Assembly: GCA_041479345.1 (NCBI GenBank)
Contig: JBGOXX010000003.1
Coordinates: 1-36,385, forward strand
Length of the DNA stretch: 36,385 nt
Direction: 5' to 3'
Origin: Alphaproteobacteria bacterium
GTDB lineage: Bacteria > Pseudomonadota > Alphaproteobacteria > DATDPM01
Shown here: positions 24,344-32,842 of the stretch, piece by piece
Layout: each line of letters begins with the position of its first letter
Position numbering within the stretch: the first letter of the stretch is position 1
Program-made: the position numbers and the translations under genes
The notes under the pieces: generated by a model
What the model saw: only the letters and a program-made list of their open reading frames with translations
What the model was told of the DNA's origin: nothing
The model's database searches: none

Positions 24344-24754
24344 GTGGCCGACGCCGCCAAGCTTTCCTTCGAACTGGTCTCGCCCGAGCGGCTGCTGTTC
24401 TCGGCCACCGTCGATATGGTGGTGGTACCGGGCAGCGATGGCGATTTCGGCATCCTGCCGGGGCACTCGCTATTCCTGTCCTCGGTGCGCCCCGGCGTCA
24501 TCGATATCTACAATAAGGGCACCGTAACCGACCGCATCTTCATCGCCGGCGGCTTTGCCGAAGCGACCCCCGAGCGCTGCACGGTTCTGGCCGATGCCGC
24601 GATGCCGATTTCCGACCTAAAACGGGAAGAAATTGAGCCGAAACTCAAGGACGCCCGGGAAGACGTCGGGGATGTGGTGGACGAAACTGGCCGCAAAGCC
24701 GCCGAAAAGCGGGTTCTCGTCCTGGAGGCCATGCTGGCCGCCTGCCGGGGATAG
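24344..24754 (+). CDS. atpC: ATP synthase F1 epsilon subunit
   Basis: FELVSPE, GDFGILPGH and GGFAE motifs. AAGGAG SD precedes the GTG start. Confidence 0.95.
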   Translation: MADAAKLSFELVSPERLLFSATVDMVVVPGSDGDFGILPGHSLFLSSVRPGVIDIYNKGTVTDRIFIAGGFAEATPERCTVLADAAMPISDLKREEIEPKLKDAREDVGDVVDETGRKAAEKRVLVLEAMLAACRG

Positions 24755-24769
24755 CCCATTTTCGGAACT

Positions 24770-24797
24770 TTGAAGCCTACCTTCCAGTTTATATAAT
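24770..24797 (+). promoter_or_regulatory. Putative sigma70 promoter of the ferritin-like gene
   Basis: TTGAAG (24770-24775), a 16-nt spacer, then TATAAT (24792-24797). Confidence 0.55.
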
Positions 24798-24822
24798 AGG
24801 CTAAGCCGCTTGGGGGCGGGCC

Positions 24823-25644
24823 ATGAAACATTGGACTCTCGACGATATCGCCTGGGATAAGCTCGACCATTCGAAGGTCGATACCGATGTTCTCGCGGTC
24901 GTGAAGGCCGCGAGTTTGGTCGAGCACAATGGCGGCGATTACGCGACCTATCTTTGCAACGTGTTCGGCGACGATCCCGAATTCCAGCAAGTGGCCCGAG
25001 CCTGGGCGCTGGAAGAAGTTCAGCACGGTCAGGCGCTCGGCAAATGGGCCAGGCTTGCCGATCCCGAATTCGATTTCGACGCCGCCTTCAAACGGTTTAC
25101 CGACGGCTATCGTTTGCCTCTCGAGTCGACACTCTCCGTGCGCGGATCCCGCACCGGCGAGCTTATCGCCCGCTGCATCGTCGAAACCGGAACCAGCTCT
25201 TATTATACCGCCCTCAGCGAAGCGGTGGCGGAGCCGGTGCTGAAGGAAATCTGCCGGCGCATCGCAGCCGATGAACTCCGCCACTACAAGATGTTCTACA
25301 CCTACATGAAGCGTTATCTCGACCGCGAACCGCTCGGGTTTTTTGCCCGGGTGAGGATCGCTCTCGGGCGGGTGTTCGAAAGCGAAGACGACGAACTCCC
25401 TTACGCCTATTTCGCCGCGAACGGCAGCGGCTCTTATGAGCGCCGGCGCGTCGTCCGCGCTTATGTACGCCAAGCTTATGGATACTATCGTCCGCACCAC
25501 GTCGAACGGGCGATGGCCATGATCCTGAAAGCGGTCGGAGCCAATCCCAATGGGTGGCTGGGGCGCGTTCTTTCGGCGCTGTCCTACCGTTTCATGCAAT
25601 ACCGTGTCCGGCGATTGACGCTGGCCGAGACCACTGGCGTCTGA
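24823..25644 (+). CDS. Ferritin-like di-iron carboxylate protein (acyl-ACP desaturase-like fold)
   Basis: Di-iron ligand pattern: SLVE, EEVQH, CIVE, DELRH. Confidence 0.8.
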   Translation: MKHWTLDDIAWDKLDHSKVDTDVLAVVKAASLVEHNGGDYATYLCNVFGDDPEFQQVARAWALEEVQHGQALGKWARLADPEFDFDAAFKRFTDGYRLPLESTLSVRGSRTGELIARCIVETGTSSYYTALSEAVAEPVLKEICRRIAADELRHYKMFYTYMKRYLDREPLGFFARVRIALGRVFESEDDELPYAYFAANGSGSYERRRVVRAYVRQAYGYYRPHHVERAMAMILKAVGANPNGWLGRVLSALSYRFMQYRVRRLTLAETTGV

Positions 25645-25716
25645 GCGTCATTCCTGGAAATTCCGCCCCGGTCCGACCCGATCAATCCTGTCATTGCATC
25701 GTCACTCCCGCGGCCC

Positions 25717-25748
25717 CGTTTCGCGCTAAGGCTCGTTTCGCGCTAAGG
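25717..25748. repeat. 15-bp direct repeat x2 (17-bp period) upstream of the arcE-like gene
   Basis: cgtttcgcgctaagg at 25717-25731 and 25734-25748. Confidence 0.85.
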
Positions 25749-25788
25749 TGAGAGCACCGTTCTGATCGAACGAGTGGGGGATGGGCCC

Positions 25789-27144
25789 ATGACCGGAGCA
25801 AAAGGGCGCCGGCGCATTATCATTCTGGGGGCGGGCGGACGCGACTTTCACAATTTCAACGTCGTCTACCGCAAGGATCCGGGCGTTGAAGTTGTTGCGT
25901 TCACCGCGGCGCAAATCCCTGGCATCGCCGGCCGGATCTATCCGTCCGAGCTCGCCGGCCCGCTTTATCCGCAGGGCATTCCAATCCACGAGGAAAGCGC
26001 GCTCGAGGATCTTTGCCGGCGATTTTCTGTGAACGAAGCGGTGTTCGCCTATAGCGATGTGACGCACGCGACCGTAATGCATCTGGCATCCCGTGTGCTT
26101 GCCGCCGGCGCCGACTTCACCTTGCTTGGGCCCGACCGCACCATGCTTGAATCGGCAAAGCCCGTCATCGCCGTTACCGCGGTGCGCACCGGATGCGGAA
26201 AGTCGCAGGCCGCGCGCTATCTCTCCCGGCGGCTGAGCGGCCGGGGCTTGCACGTTGCCGTGGTGCGGCACCCGATGCCCTACGGCGATCTCGCGCGCGA
26301 ACGGCTGCAGCGCTTCGCAACGTTGGAAGACCTCGCCGTTGCGCGGTGCACGATCGAGGAGCGCGAGGAATACGAGCCGCACATCGCCGCTGGCAACATT
26401 GTCTTCGCCGGGGTCGATTACGCGCAGGTTCTCGCCGCCGCCGAGAGCGAGGCGGACGTCATCCTTTGGGACGGCGGCAACAATGATTTTCCGTTCTTCC
26501 GCCCCGCGCTCCACATCGTGCTCGTCGATGCGCTCCGCCCCGATCAGACGGCAAGTCATCATCCCGGCGAGAGCGTCTTGCGCATGGCGGATATCATCGT
26601 CGTCGCCAAGACTGACGTGGCCGGGCCTGTCGCTACGGAACAGGCCGCCGCCGCCGCGCGCGCCGTCAATGCGCGGGCGCCGATCCTGCGCGCGGCTTCT
26701 CCGATCCGCCTCGATGCGGCGGTTCCGCTTCAAGGCCGCCGTGTTCTCGTCATCGAAGATGGCCCCACCATCACCCACGGCGGCATGGCGTATGGGGCGG
26801 GGTTCATCGCGGCCTCGCGTGCCGGCGCGCAAATCGTCGACCCCCGGCCCTTCGCCGCGCCGCTGATTGCCGAGATCTATGCCCGATATCCCCATATCGG
26901 CGCAGTGCTGCCGGCCGTGGGTTACAGCGAAGCTCAGATAACGGCGCTCGCCCAAACCATTGCGGCAAGCCCGGTCGATGTCGTGGTCGCCGCAACGCCG
27001 ATCGATCTCGCACGACTGATATCCATTGAGAAACCGGTGGTGCGCGCGGTGTATGAGTTCGCCGAGGCGGGCGAGCCGAAGCTTGCCGATCTTCTCGATG
27101 CGTTTCTCGCCCGCGCCGTGCGCCCGCACGAAATCGCCCGATGA
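25789..27144 (+). CDS. arcE: COG2403/CpgS-like P-loop ligase; probable arginine synthetase
   Basis: GAGGRDFHNFN, P-loop AVRTGCGKS, RHPMPYG, TIEEREEYE, WDGGNND and EDGPTITHGG motifs. Directly upstream of carbamate kinase. Alternative GTG start at 25774. Confidence 0.72.
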   Translation: MTGAKGRRRIIILGAGGRDFHNFNVVYRKDPGVEVVAFTAAQIPGIAGRIYPSELAGPLYPQGIPIHEESALEDLCRRFSVNEAVFAYSDVTHATVMHLASRVLAAGADFTLLGPDRTMLESAKPVIAVTAVRTGCGKSQAARYLSRRLSGRGLHVAVVRHPMPYGDLARERLQRFATLEDLAVARCTIEEREEYEPHIAAGNIVFAGVDYAQVLAAAESEADVILWDGGNNDFPFFRPALHIVLVDALRPDQTASHHPGESVLRMADIIVVAKTDVAGPVATEQAAAAARAVNARAPILRAASPIRLDAAVPLQGRRVLVIEDGPTITHGGMAYGAGFIAASRAGAQIVDPRPFAAPLIAEIYARYPHIGAVLPAVGYSEAQITALAQTIAASPVDVVVAATPIDLARLISIEKPVVRAVYEFAEAGEPKLADLLDAFLARAVRPHEIAR

Positions 27145-27164
27145 ACCGCCGCCCGATGAATCGC
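27135..27164. repeat. 15-bp duplication spanning the arcE stop codon
   Basis: cgcccgatgaaccgc / cgcccgatgaatcgc. Confidence 0.8.
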
Positions 27165-27184
27165 CACCTGGGGAGAGATCACTC

Positions 27185-28108
27185 ATGCGCGTTGTGATCG
27201 CGCTCGGCGGAAATGCGCTATTGCGGCGCGGTCAGCCGCTCGAAGCCGATATTCAACAGCGCAATGTCGCTGTTGCGGCGCAGGCCATTGCCGAAGTCGC
27301 GCGCGAAAACGATGTTGTCGTGACTCACGGCAATGGGCCGCAGATCGGCCTCTTGGCGCTCCAAGCCCAGGCCTACAGCAAGGTCCGGCCGTATTCCCTC
27401 GACGTGCTGGGCGCTCAAAGCGAAGGAATGATTGGCTACTTCATCGAGCGGGAGCTCGCGAACCGTTTGCCGCGGCGCGACATCGCAACATTGCTTACCA
27501 CGGTCGAAGTCGATGCCAATGACCCCGCCTTTGCTGCCCCGACCAAGCCGATCGGCCCGGTCTATGCCGAGAGCGAAGCGCGTCAGTTGCGCGATTTTTC
27601 CGGATTTACAATGGCGCGCGATGGTGATGGCTTCCGGCGGGTGGTGCCGTCGCCCGAACCGCGCCGCATCCGCGAACTCGCGGCGATCCGATTGCTGGTC
27701 GAAGCCGGGGTCATCGTGATCTGCGCCGGCGGTGGCGGCATCCCGGTCGTCACAACCCCGGGCGGGGGTTTGCGCGGCGTGGAAGCGGTAATCGACAAAG
27801 ATCTTTCGGCGTCTCTGCTCGCTGTGGAGATAGGCGCCGAGGCCCTGCTGCTTTTGACCGATATCGAATCGGTCGAAACCGGATGGCGCACGCCGGCCGG
27901 CCGCAAGATCCATGAGGCTTCGCCGGAAGCCCTGCGCGGCCAATCCTTCGAAGTGGGAACCATGGCGCCGAAGGTCGAAGCGGCGGTCCGCTTTGTGGAG
28001 CGGACTGGTGGCTTTGCCGGCATCGGCGCGCTAGCGGCCGCGGCCGAAATTCTTCGCGGCGAGGCGGGGACCATCATCCGCGCCGGCACTACGATGACAT
28101 GGTACTGA
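27185..28108 (+). CDS. arcC: Carbamate kinase
   Basis: VIALGGNAL, THGNGPQIG, PTKPIGP, RRVVPSP.P, GGGGIPV, EAVIDKD and GTMAPKV motifs. GGGGAG SD. Confidence 0.95.
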   Translation: MRVVIALGGNALLRRGQPLEADIQQRNVAVAAQAIAEVARENDVVVTHGNGPQIGLLALQAQAYSKVRPYSLDVLGAQSEGMIGYFIERELANRLPRRDIATLLTTVEVDANDPAFAAPTKPIGPVYAESEARQLRDFSGFTMARDGDGFRRVVPSPEPRRIRELAAIRLLVEAGVIVICAGGGGIPVVTTPGGGLRGVEAVIDKDLSASLLAVEIGAEALLLLTDIESVETGWRTPAGRKIHEASPEALRGQSFEVGTMAPKVEAAVRFVERTGGFAGIGALAAAAEILRGEAGTIIRAGTTMTWY

Positions 28109-28116
28109 CGGCTGCT

Positions 28117-28614
28117 TCAGTGCCGCTTGGCGGCGTCGATCAGCGGCCCGAACTCGGCGACCAAATCCCCATAGAGCTTGCGCTTGAAGGGGACGATGAG
28201 GCGGGGAAGCGCCGCAACCTTCGCCCATTTCCAATCGAGAAATTCCGGATGCTCGGTTTCGATATCGATGTCGGAATCTTTGCCCGTGAAGCGCAGCAAA
28301 AACCATTTCTGGGTTTGGCCGCGAAAGCGCCCGCCCCAGATTTTCGGAATCAAATCGGCGGGCAGATCGTAAGTCAGCCAGTTCTTGCTTTCGGCCACGA
28401 TCTTGGCTTTGTCGGTGCCGATCTCTTCTTGCAGTTCGCGCAGGGCCGCTTCCCGGGGGCTTTCGCCTTCGTCGATCCCGCCCTGGGGCATTTGCCAGGC
28501 TTGGCTCGGCGTGTCGATGCGGCGTGCAACGAATACCAGGTCCGCAGCATTGACGAGCATGATCCCGACACCCTTGCGATAGGGACGTTCGGTAATCGTC
28601 GAGTTTCGCGTCAC
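28117..28614 (-). CDS. rppH: RNA pyrophosphohydrolase (Nudix)
   Basis: YRKGVG, WQMPQGG, Nudix box GGIDEGESPREAALRELQEEIG, GQTQKWF and IVPFKRKLY. Confidence 0.93.
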   Translation of the reverse strand: MTRNSTITERPYRKGVGIMLVNAADLVFVARRIDTPSQAWQMPQGGIDEGESPREAALRELQEEIGTDKAKIVAESKNWLTYDLPADLIPKIWGGRFRGQTQKWFLLRFTGKDSDIDIETEHPEFLDWKWAKVAALPRLIVPFKRKLYGDLVAEFGPLIDAAKRH

Positions 28615-30140
28615 TTTGCGATCTGCTTATTGACCAGGGCGGAAACCGGTGCGATGGCGAAGCCGCGTTGCTCCGCTTTCGGCACCCAAGCGGCGACGCG
28701 TTCCATGGTCACCGGATAGGCCGTTCCCATCGCCACCGCAAAACCGGTTTTCTTGGCAAGTTTTTCAACCTCATCCAATTCGCCGTCGATCGCATCGCGC
28801 GACGCCTCGGCATCGATGAAACGGCTGTTGAAGGTGGTCGGCATGCCCATATCGCTCGCCATTTTGGCGGCGATGCTTTGGTCGGAGGACCGGCTGTCGA
28901 GGAAAAGAAGCCCGCGCGCCTTGATCGCATCGAGCACCGGTTTCAGATCGGGGCCGGAGGTGGTGAAGCGCGAACCCATGTGATTGGTGACACCGACATA
29001 GCCGGTGGTGCGGCTCAGCAGCCATTGCATCTTGAACAAATTCTGACGGGGATCGATCGAGGTCAGCAGCGTGTAGGGGCCTGGATCCTGTTCGGGATAA
29101 TCGATCGGCTCCATCGGCAGGTCCATCAAGACTTCGTGGCCGGCGGCGCGCGCAAGATTGGTCCATTGATCGAGGCCCTTCGCGTAAGGCGAGAAAGCGA
29201 GGCTGACGCTTCCCGGAAGCTGCTGAATCGCGGTTTCGGTTGCAGCACCGGAAAGCCCGAGATCGGTAATGACGACGGCAATTCGCGGCCGCTTGTCGGT
29301 CTGATCGAAGGGCCGCGCATAAACCTGCCACGGTTCGCGCCCATCGGGCCCGATGATGGGGAGCGGTCCCTCGCGCCCGTGTTCGACCAGATTGGGATCG
29401 GGAGCCGGGGAAAGCTTGGGTTCGGGGAGGGCAGCGACCTGAGTTTTCTCCGGAGTCGGCTTTTCCGGCGCCGCCTCTTTCGCTTTTGCCGGTTCGGGTT
29501 CCGCTTTGGCCATTTCTTTTGGCTTCTCGGGCGGTTTTTCCGCCGCTTTTTCGGCGGTGTGTTTTTCAGGCTTCGCTTCGGGTGGTTTCACCTCAGCGGG
29601 TTTGGATTCCGCCGCCTTGGTTTCGGCCGGCTTTGCTTCGGGCGCCTTCGATTCAAGCGCCTTCGCTTCGGATTCGGGGGGCTTGGCTTCTTTGGCCGCG
29701 GTTTCGCCAGATGGCGTTTCGACTTTCGGCGCTTCGACCTTGGCTGGTTCGGGCTTTGGAGGTTCCGGTACGGATGCTTCGGCCTTGGGCGGTTCCTGCG
29801 GGGTTTCCGGCTTTGCCGCTTCCGCGGGCGGCGTTTCGGATTGCGGCCCCGCTGGTGGAGTAGCCGCTGGCGGCGGTCCGGGCACTGGGGCTTGGGCTTC
29901 CGGTGGTGTTGCCGCTGCCGGTGCCGGCGGCATTTGCTCGGGGGCCTGCGCGGTTTGCTTGGGCGCTGCCGGCGGTATCGGCGCCACGATACCTGGCACG
30001 GCGGCGGTGGCGCCGGGACCGCCCGGCTCTCCATAGAAGTAGAGCCAGGTTACGGTCCCGGATACCAATGCGAATAGGATCAGCCAGGCGACAAGAAGAA
30101 GACCGCCCGAACTCCCGCCCTCTTTATCCCTCGTCCTCAC
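28611..30140 (-). CDS. Divergent polysaccharide deacetylase (YibQ-like) with an N-terminal TM helix and a long P/E/A/K linker
   Basis: IAVVITDLG, GHEVLMDLPMEP, NHMGSRFT and FLDSRS motifs. Lies downstream of ctpA. Confidence 0.88.
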   Translation of the reverse strand: MRTRDKEGGSSGGLLLVAWLILFALVSGTVTWLYFYGEPGGPGATAAVPGIVAPIPPAAPKQTAQAPEQMPPAPAAATPPEAQAPVPGPPPAATPPAGPQSETPPAEAAKPETPQEPPKAEASVPEPPKPEPAKVEAPKVETPSGETAAKEAKPPESEAKALESKAPEAKPAETKAAESKPAEVKPPEAKPEKHTAEKAAEKPPEKPKEMAKAEPEPAKAKEAAPEKPTPEKTQVAALPEPKLSPAPDPNLVEHGREGPLPIIGPDGREPWQVYARPFDQTDKRPRIAVVITDLGLSGAATETAIQQLPGSVSLAFSPYAKGLDQWTNLARAAGHEVLMDLPMEPIDYPEQDPGPYTLLTSIDPRQNLFKMQWLLSRTTGYVGVTNHMGSRFTTSGPDLKPVLDAIKARGLLFLDSRSSDQSIAAKMASDMGMPTTFNSRFIDAEASRDAIDGELDEVEKLAKKTGFAVAMGTAYPVTMERVAAWVPKAEQRGFAIAPVSALVNKQIAK

Positions 30141-30176
30141 ATCGCCGCCTGTGACTGCCGCGCCGATGGATCATGG

Positions 30177-31607
30177 TCAGTTCGACGCGCGCTGTTTGGC
30201 GAGTGCCAAGCCGTGCAGAAGATCCACCGCCCGGGCGAGCTGATAATCGTTAGGACCGCCGAATTCCAGCACCTCCGGCTTGGCGGCTTCGCCGCCGGGT
30301 GCGCCAGTCTTGTCGGTGCTCGTCTTGTCGCCATTAGGAGCATTCTTGCTTTCCGGCGTCTTCGCCTTATCGGGCGTCTTGTTTTCGGGCGTTTGGCCTT
30401 CCGGCGGTTTGCCTTCCGACGGATTCTTGCTGTCGTCCGACGGCGGCTTATTGGCATCGTCCGGATTGGACAGGGCCCCCTTCAGATCCGCTTCGCGGCG
30501 GCGCGACGGTTGCTCGATGATTTCGATCTTGGCTTGCGGGACCTCGATATCCGGTTCGATGCCCTTGCCCTGAATCGAGCGTCCGGATGGCGTGTAATAG
30601 CGCGCGGTGGTCAGCCGCATCGCGCCCTTGTTGCTGAGCGGAATGATGGTCTGAACCGAACCCTTTCCGAACGACGTCGTGCCCATGACGATCGCGCGGT
30701 GATGATCCTGGAGCGCGCCGGCGACGATTTCCGATGCCGAAGCCGAACCGCCATTGATCAGGACCACCAGCGGTGCGCTATCCGCAAGGTCGCCGGCTTT
30801 GGCATTGAATCGTTGCGCCATTTCCGGCTTGCGGCCACGGGTCGAGACGATTTCGCCCTTGTCCAGAAAATCATCCGAGACGGCGACGGCTTGATCGAGC
30901 AATCCCCCCGGATTATTGCGCAAGTCGACGACGTAACCTTTGAGCTTGTCGCCGACCTTCGACTTGATGTCGGTGAGGGCGGTCTGCAGGCCGCTGTCGG
31001 TCTGTTCGTTGAAGCTGGTAATGCGGATGTATCCGACATCGTCCATGATTTTCGAGCGCACGGATTGAATTTTGACGACCGCGCGGGTCAACGTGACGTC
31101 GAAGGGCTCCTTGCCCTCGCGCGCGATCGTGAGCTTGATCGAGGTGTCGACCGGCCCGCGCATCTTGTCCACCGCTTCCTGCAGCGTCATGCCGAGTACC
31201 GAATCGCCGTCGAGATGGGTGATGATATCGCCCGGCTTCACGCCGGCTTTTGCCGCCGGCGTGTCGTCGATGGGGGACACCACTTTCACGTAGCCATTCT
31301 CCATCGTGACTTCGATGCCAAGCCCGCCGAACTCGCCCTTGGTCTGGACCTGCATGTCCTTGAAGTTGTCGGGATTGAGATAGCTCGAATGGGGATCGAG
31401 CGAGGTCAGCATGCCGTTGATCGCCGACTCCACGAGCTTTCCGTCCGAAATCTCTTCGACATAGTCGGCGCGCACGCGCTCGAATACTTCGCCGAAGAGA
31501 TTGAGTTGCCGATAGGTATCTGAGGCTCCTTCTTGGCCGAAGAGAGCCACGGGGGCCAAGAGCAAGACGCCCGCTGCGAGCGCCACCAGTCCAAACTTAC
31601 GAGTCAT
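30177..31607 (-). CDS. ctpA: S41 carboxyl-terminal processing protease
   Basis: LDPHS, PDZ GGLGIEV, DLRNNPGG, SASASEI and FGKGSVQ motifs. Confidence 0.94.
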   Translation of the reverse strand: MTRKFGLVALAAGVLLLAPVALFGQEGASDTYRQLNLFGEVFERVRADYVEEISDGKLVESAINGMLTSLDPHSSYLNPDNFKDMQVQTKGEFGGLGIEVTMENGYVKVVSPIDDTPAAKAGVKPGDIITHLDGDSVLGMTLQEAVDKMRGPVDTSIKLTIAREGKEPFDVTLTRAVVKIQSVRSKIMDDVGYIRITSFNEQTDSGLQTALTDIKSKVGDKLKGYVVDLRNNPGGLLDQAVAVSDDFLDKGEIVSTRGRKPEMAQRFNAKAGDLADSAPLVVLINGGSASASEIVAGALQDHHRAIVMGTTSFGKGSVQTIIPLSNKGAMRLTTARYYTPSGRSIQGKGIEPDIEVPQAKIEIIEQPSRRREADLKGALSNPDDANKPPSDDSKNPSEGKPPEGQTPENKTPDKAKTPESKNAPNGDKTSTDKTGAPGGEAAKPEVLEFGGPNDYQLARAVDLLHGLALAKQRASN

Positions 31608-32842
31608 CCATTCACCTTTTCACTGTGAGACGCCATCCACGGCAGCGGATTGATCGGTTCGCCGTCGTGACGCAGCTCGACATAGAGTTGCGGATCGCCG
31701 TTTTCCGCGGGTCCCATGACACCAACGGGCTCGCCGGCCTGAAGCCACTGACCGACGACGCAGTCGATACGGGATAATCCTGCGAGAAGAATATGATAGC
31801 CCTCGCCCTGATCGATGATCAAGAGTTGCCCGTAGCCGCGGAACGGTCCGGCGAAAGCCACCTGTCCGTCATAGGGGGCGACCACGCGGGCATCCGACCG
31901 GGTGGTGATGGTTACCCCCCGGTTGGCCAATCCGGATGCCGCCGACTGGCCGAACAGCTTGACGATCCGGCCCCGCGCCGGCAGCAACAAGGAACCATGT
32001 GCCGCCGAGAAGGATTTGCCCCCGGTTACCGCCCCGGGCGGGGGTTGCAGGGCGGCTTCCTGGGTATTTTTTGGGGCGGCGCCCGCAGCGTCCTGGGCCG
32101 GCTCCTTGGGCCGCTGAGCCGCGATTCGAGCCAGCAAGTCCTTAAGATCCTTGGCGTCCGAGCTAAGCTTTTCAATCCGGTCAGCGGTCTCCGCGCTGTC
32201 GTTTTGGGCCTTTTCCTGAAGGGCCACCATGCGGGTCATCAAGGCATCGAGTCGGGCGCTTTCCTGCTTGAGGCTTCCGGTGGCGGCAAGCTTGTCGTCC
32301 TGTTCCTTGGCGATTTTCGCCTTTAGCTGCGCCAGTCCGGCCAATTCATCGCCCAGAGCGCGGATGTCGGACTCGATCGGGGGCAAGGCGGCGCGAAGGA
32401 CCATGACGCCACGCATGGCGTCGATGGGCGGACCCGGCATCAGCAGCGCCGCTTCCGGCGGATTTCGCGCCAGCCGCGCCAAGGCTAGGGTCATTGCCGC
32501 ATATTGGCCGCGGCGTTTGCCGAGCGAATCCTTGACCGCGTCGGCTTCCGCATTGAGTTCCACCAGTTGCAATTCGATCGTCGAGAGGCCTTCTTCGGTG
32601 TCTTGAATGGCCGCAGCCGTCCCAATGGTCTGTTTGCGCAATGCCGCGATGTCGTTGGAGAGACTTTCGACCTCCGCATTCACTTCCGTCTGATGCTTGA
32701 CGCCCTCTTCGAGGGCGTTTTTTACGACCTGTAGGCGGCTTTCCGCCGCCGCGGGCTGGTCGGGTGATTCAGCAGCCGCAGGAAAGGCAGTGCCGATTGC
32801 GCAGATCAGGACGAGCGGAAGAACCGCCTCAAGCCGAGGCAC
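31604..32842 (-). CDS. envC: Murein hydrolase activator EnvC (coiled coil plus degenerate M23/LytM domain)
   Basis: Signal peptide, long coiled coil, and a LytM-like C-terminus lacking Zn ligands (FRGYGQLLIID, LYVELR). Start is GTG 32842 or TTG 32875. Confidence 0.85.
   Translation of the reverse strand: MPRLEAVLPLVLICAIGTAFPAAAESPDQPAAAESRLQVVKNALEEGVKHQTEVNAEVESLSNDIAALRKQTIGTAAAIQDTEEGLSTIELQLVELNAEADAVKDSLGKRRGQYAAMTLALARLARNPPEAALLMPGPPIDAMRGVMVLRAALPPIESDIRALGDELAGLAQLKAKIAKEQDDKLAATGSLKQESARLDALMTRMVALQEKAQNDSAETADRIEKLSSDAKDLKDLLARIAAQRPKEPAQDAAGAAPKNTQEAALQPPPGAVTGGKSFSAAHGSLLLPARGRIVKLFGQSAASGLANRGVTITTRSDARVVAPYDGQVAFAGPFRGYGQLLIIDQGEGYHILLAGLSRIDCVVGQWLQAGEPVGVMGPAENGDPQLYVELRHDGEPINPLPWMASHSEKVNG

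Noticed and set aside
25789-27144. Cyclic 2,3-diphosphoglycerate synthetase linked to the nearby gpmI
   Set aside because: No 2-phosphoglycerate kinase is adjacent, gpmI belongs to the conserved envC-ctpA block, and the carbamate kinase linkage points to arginine metabolism.
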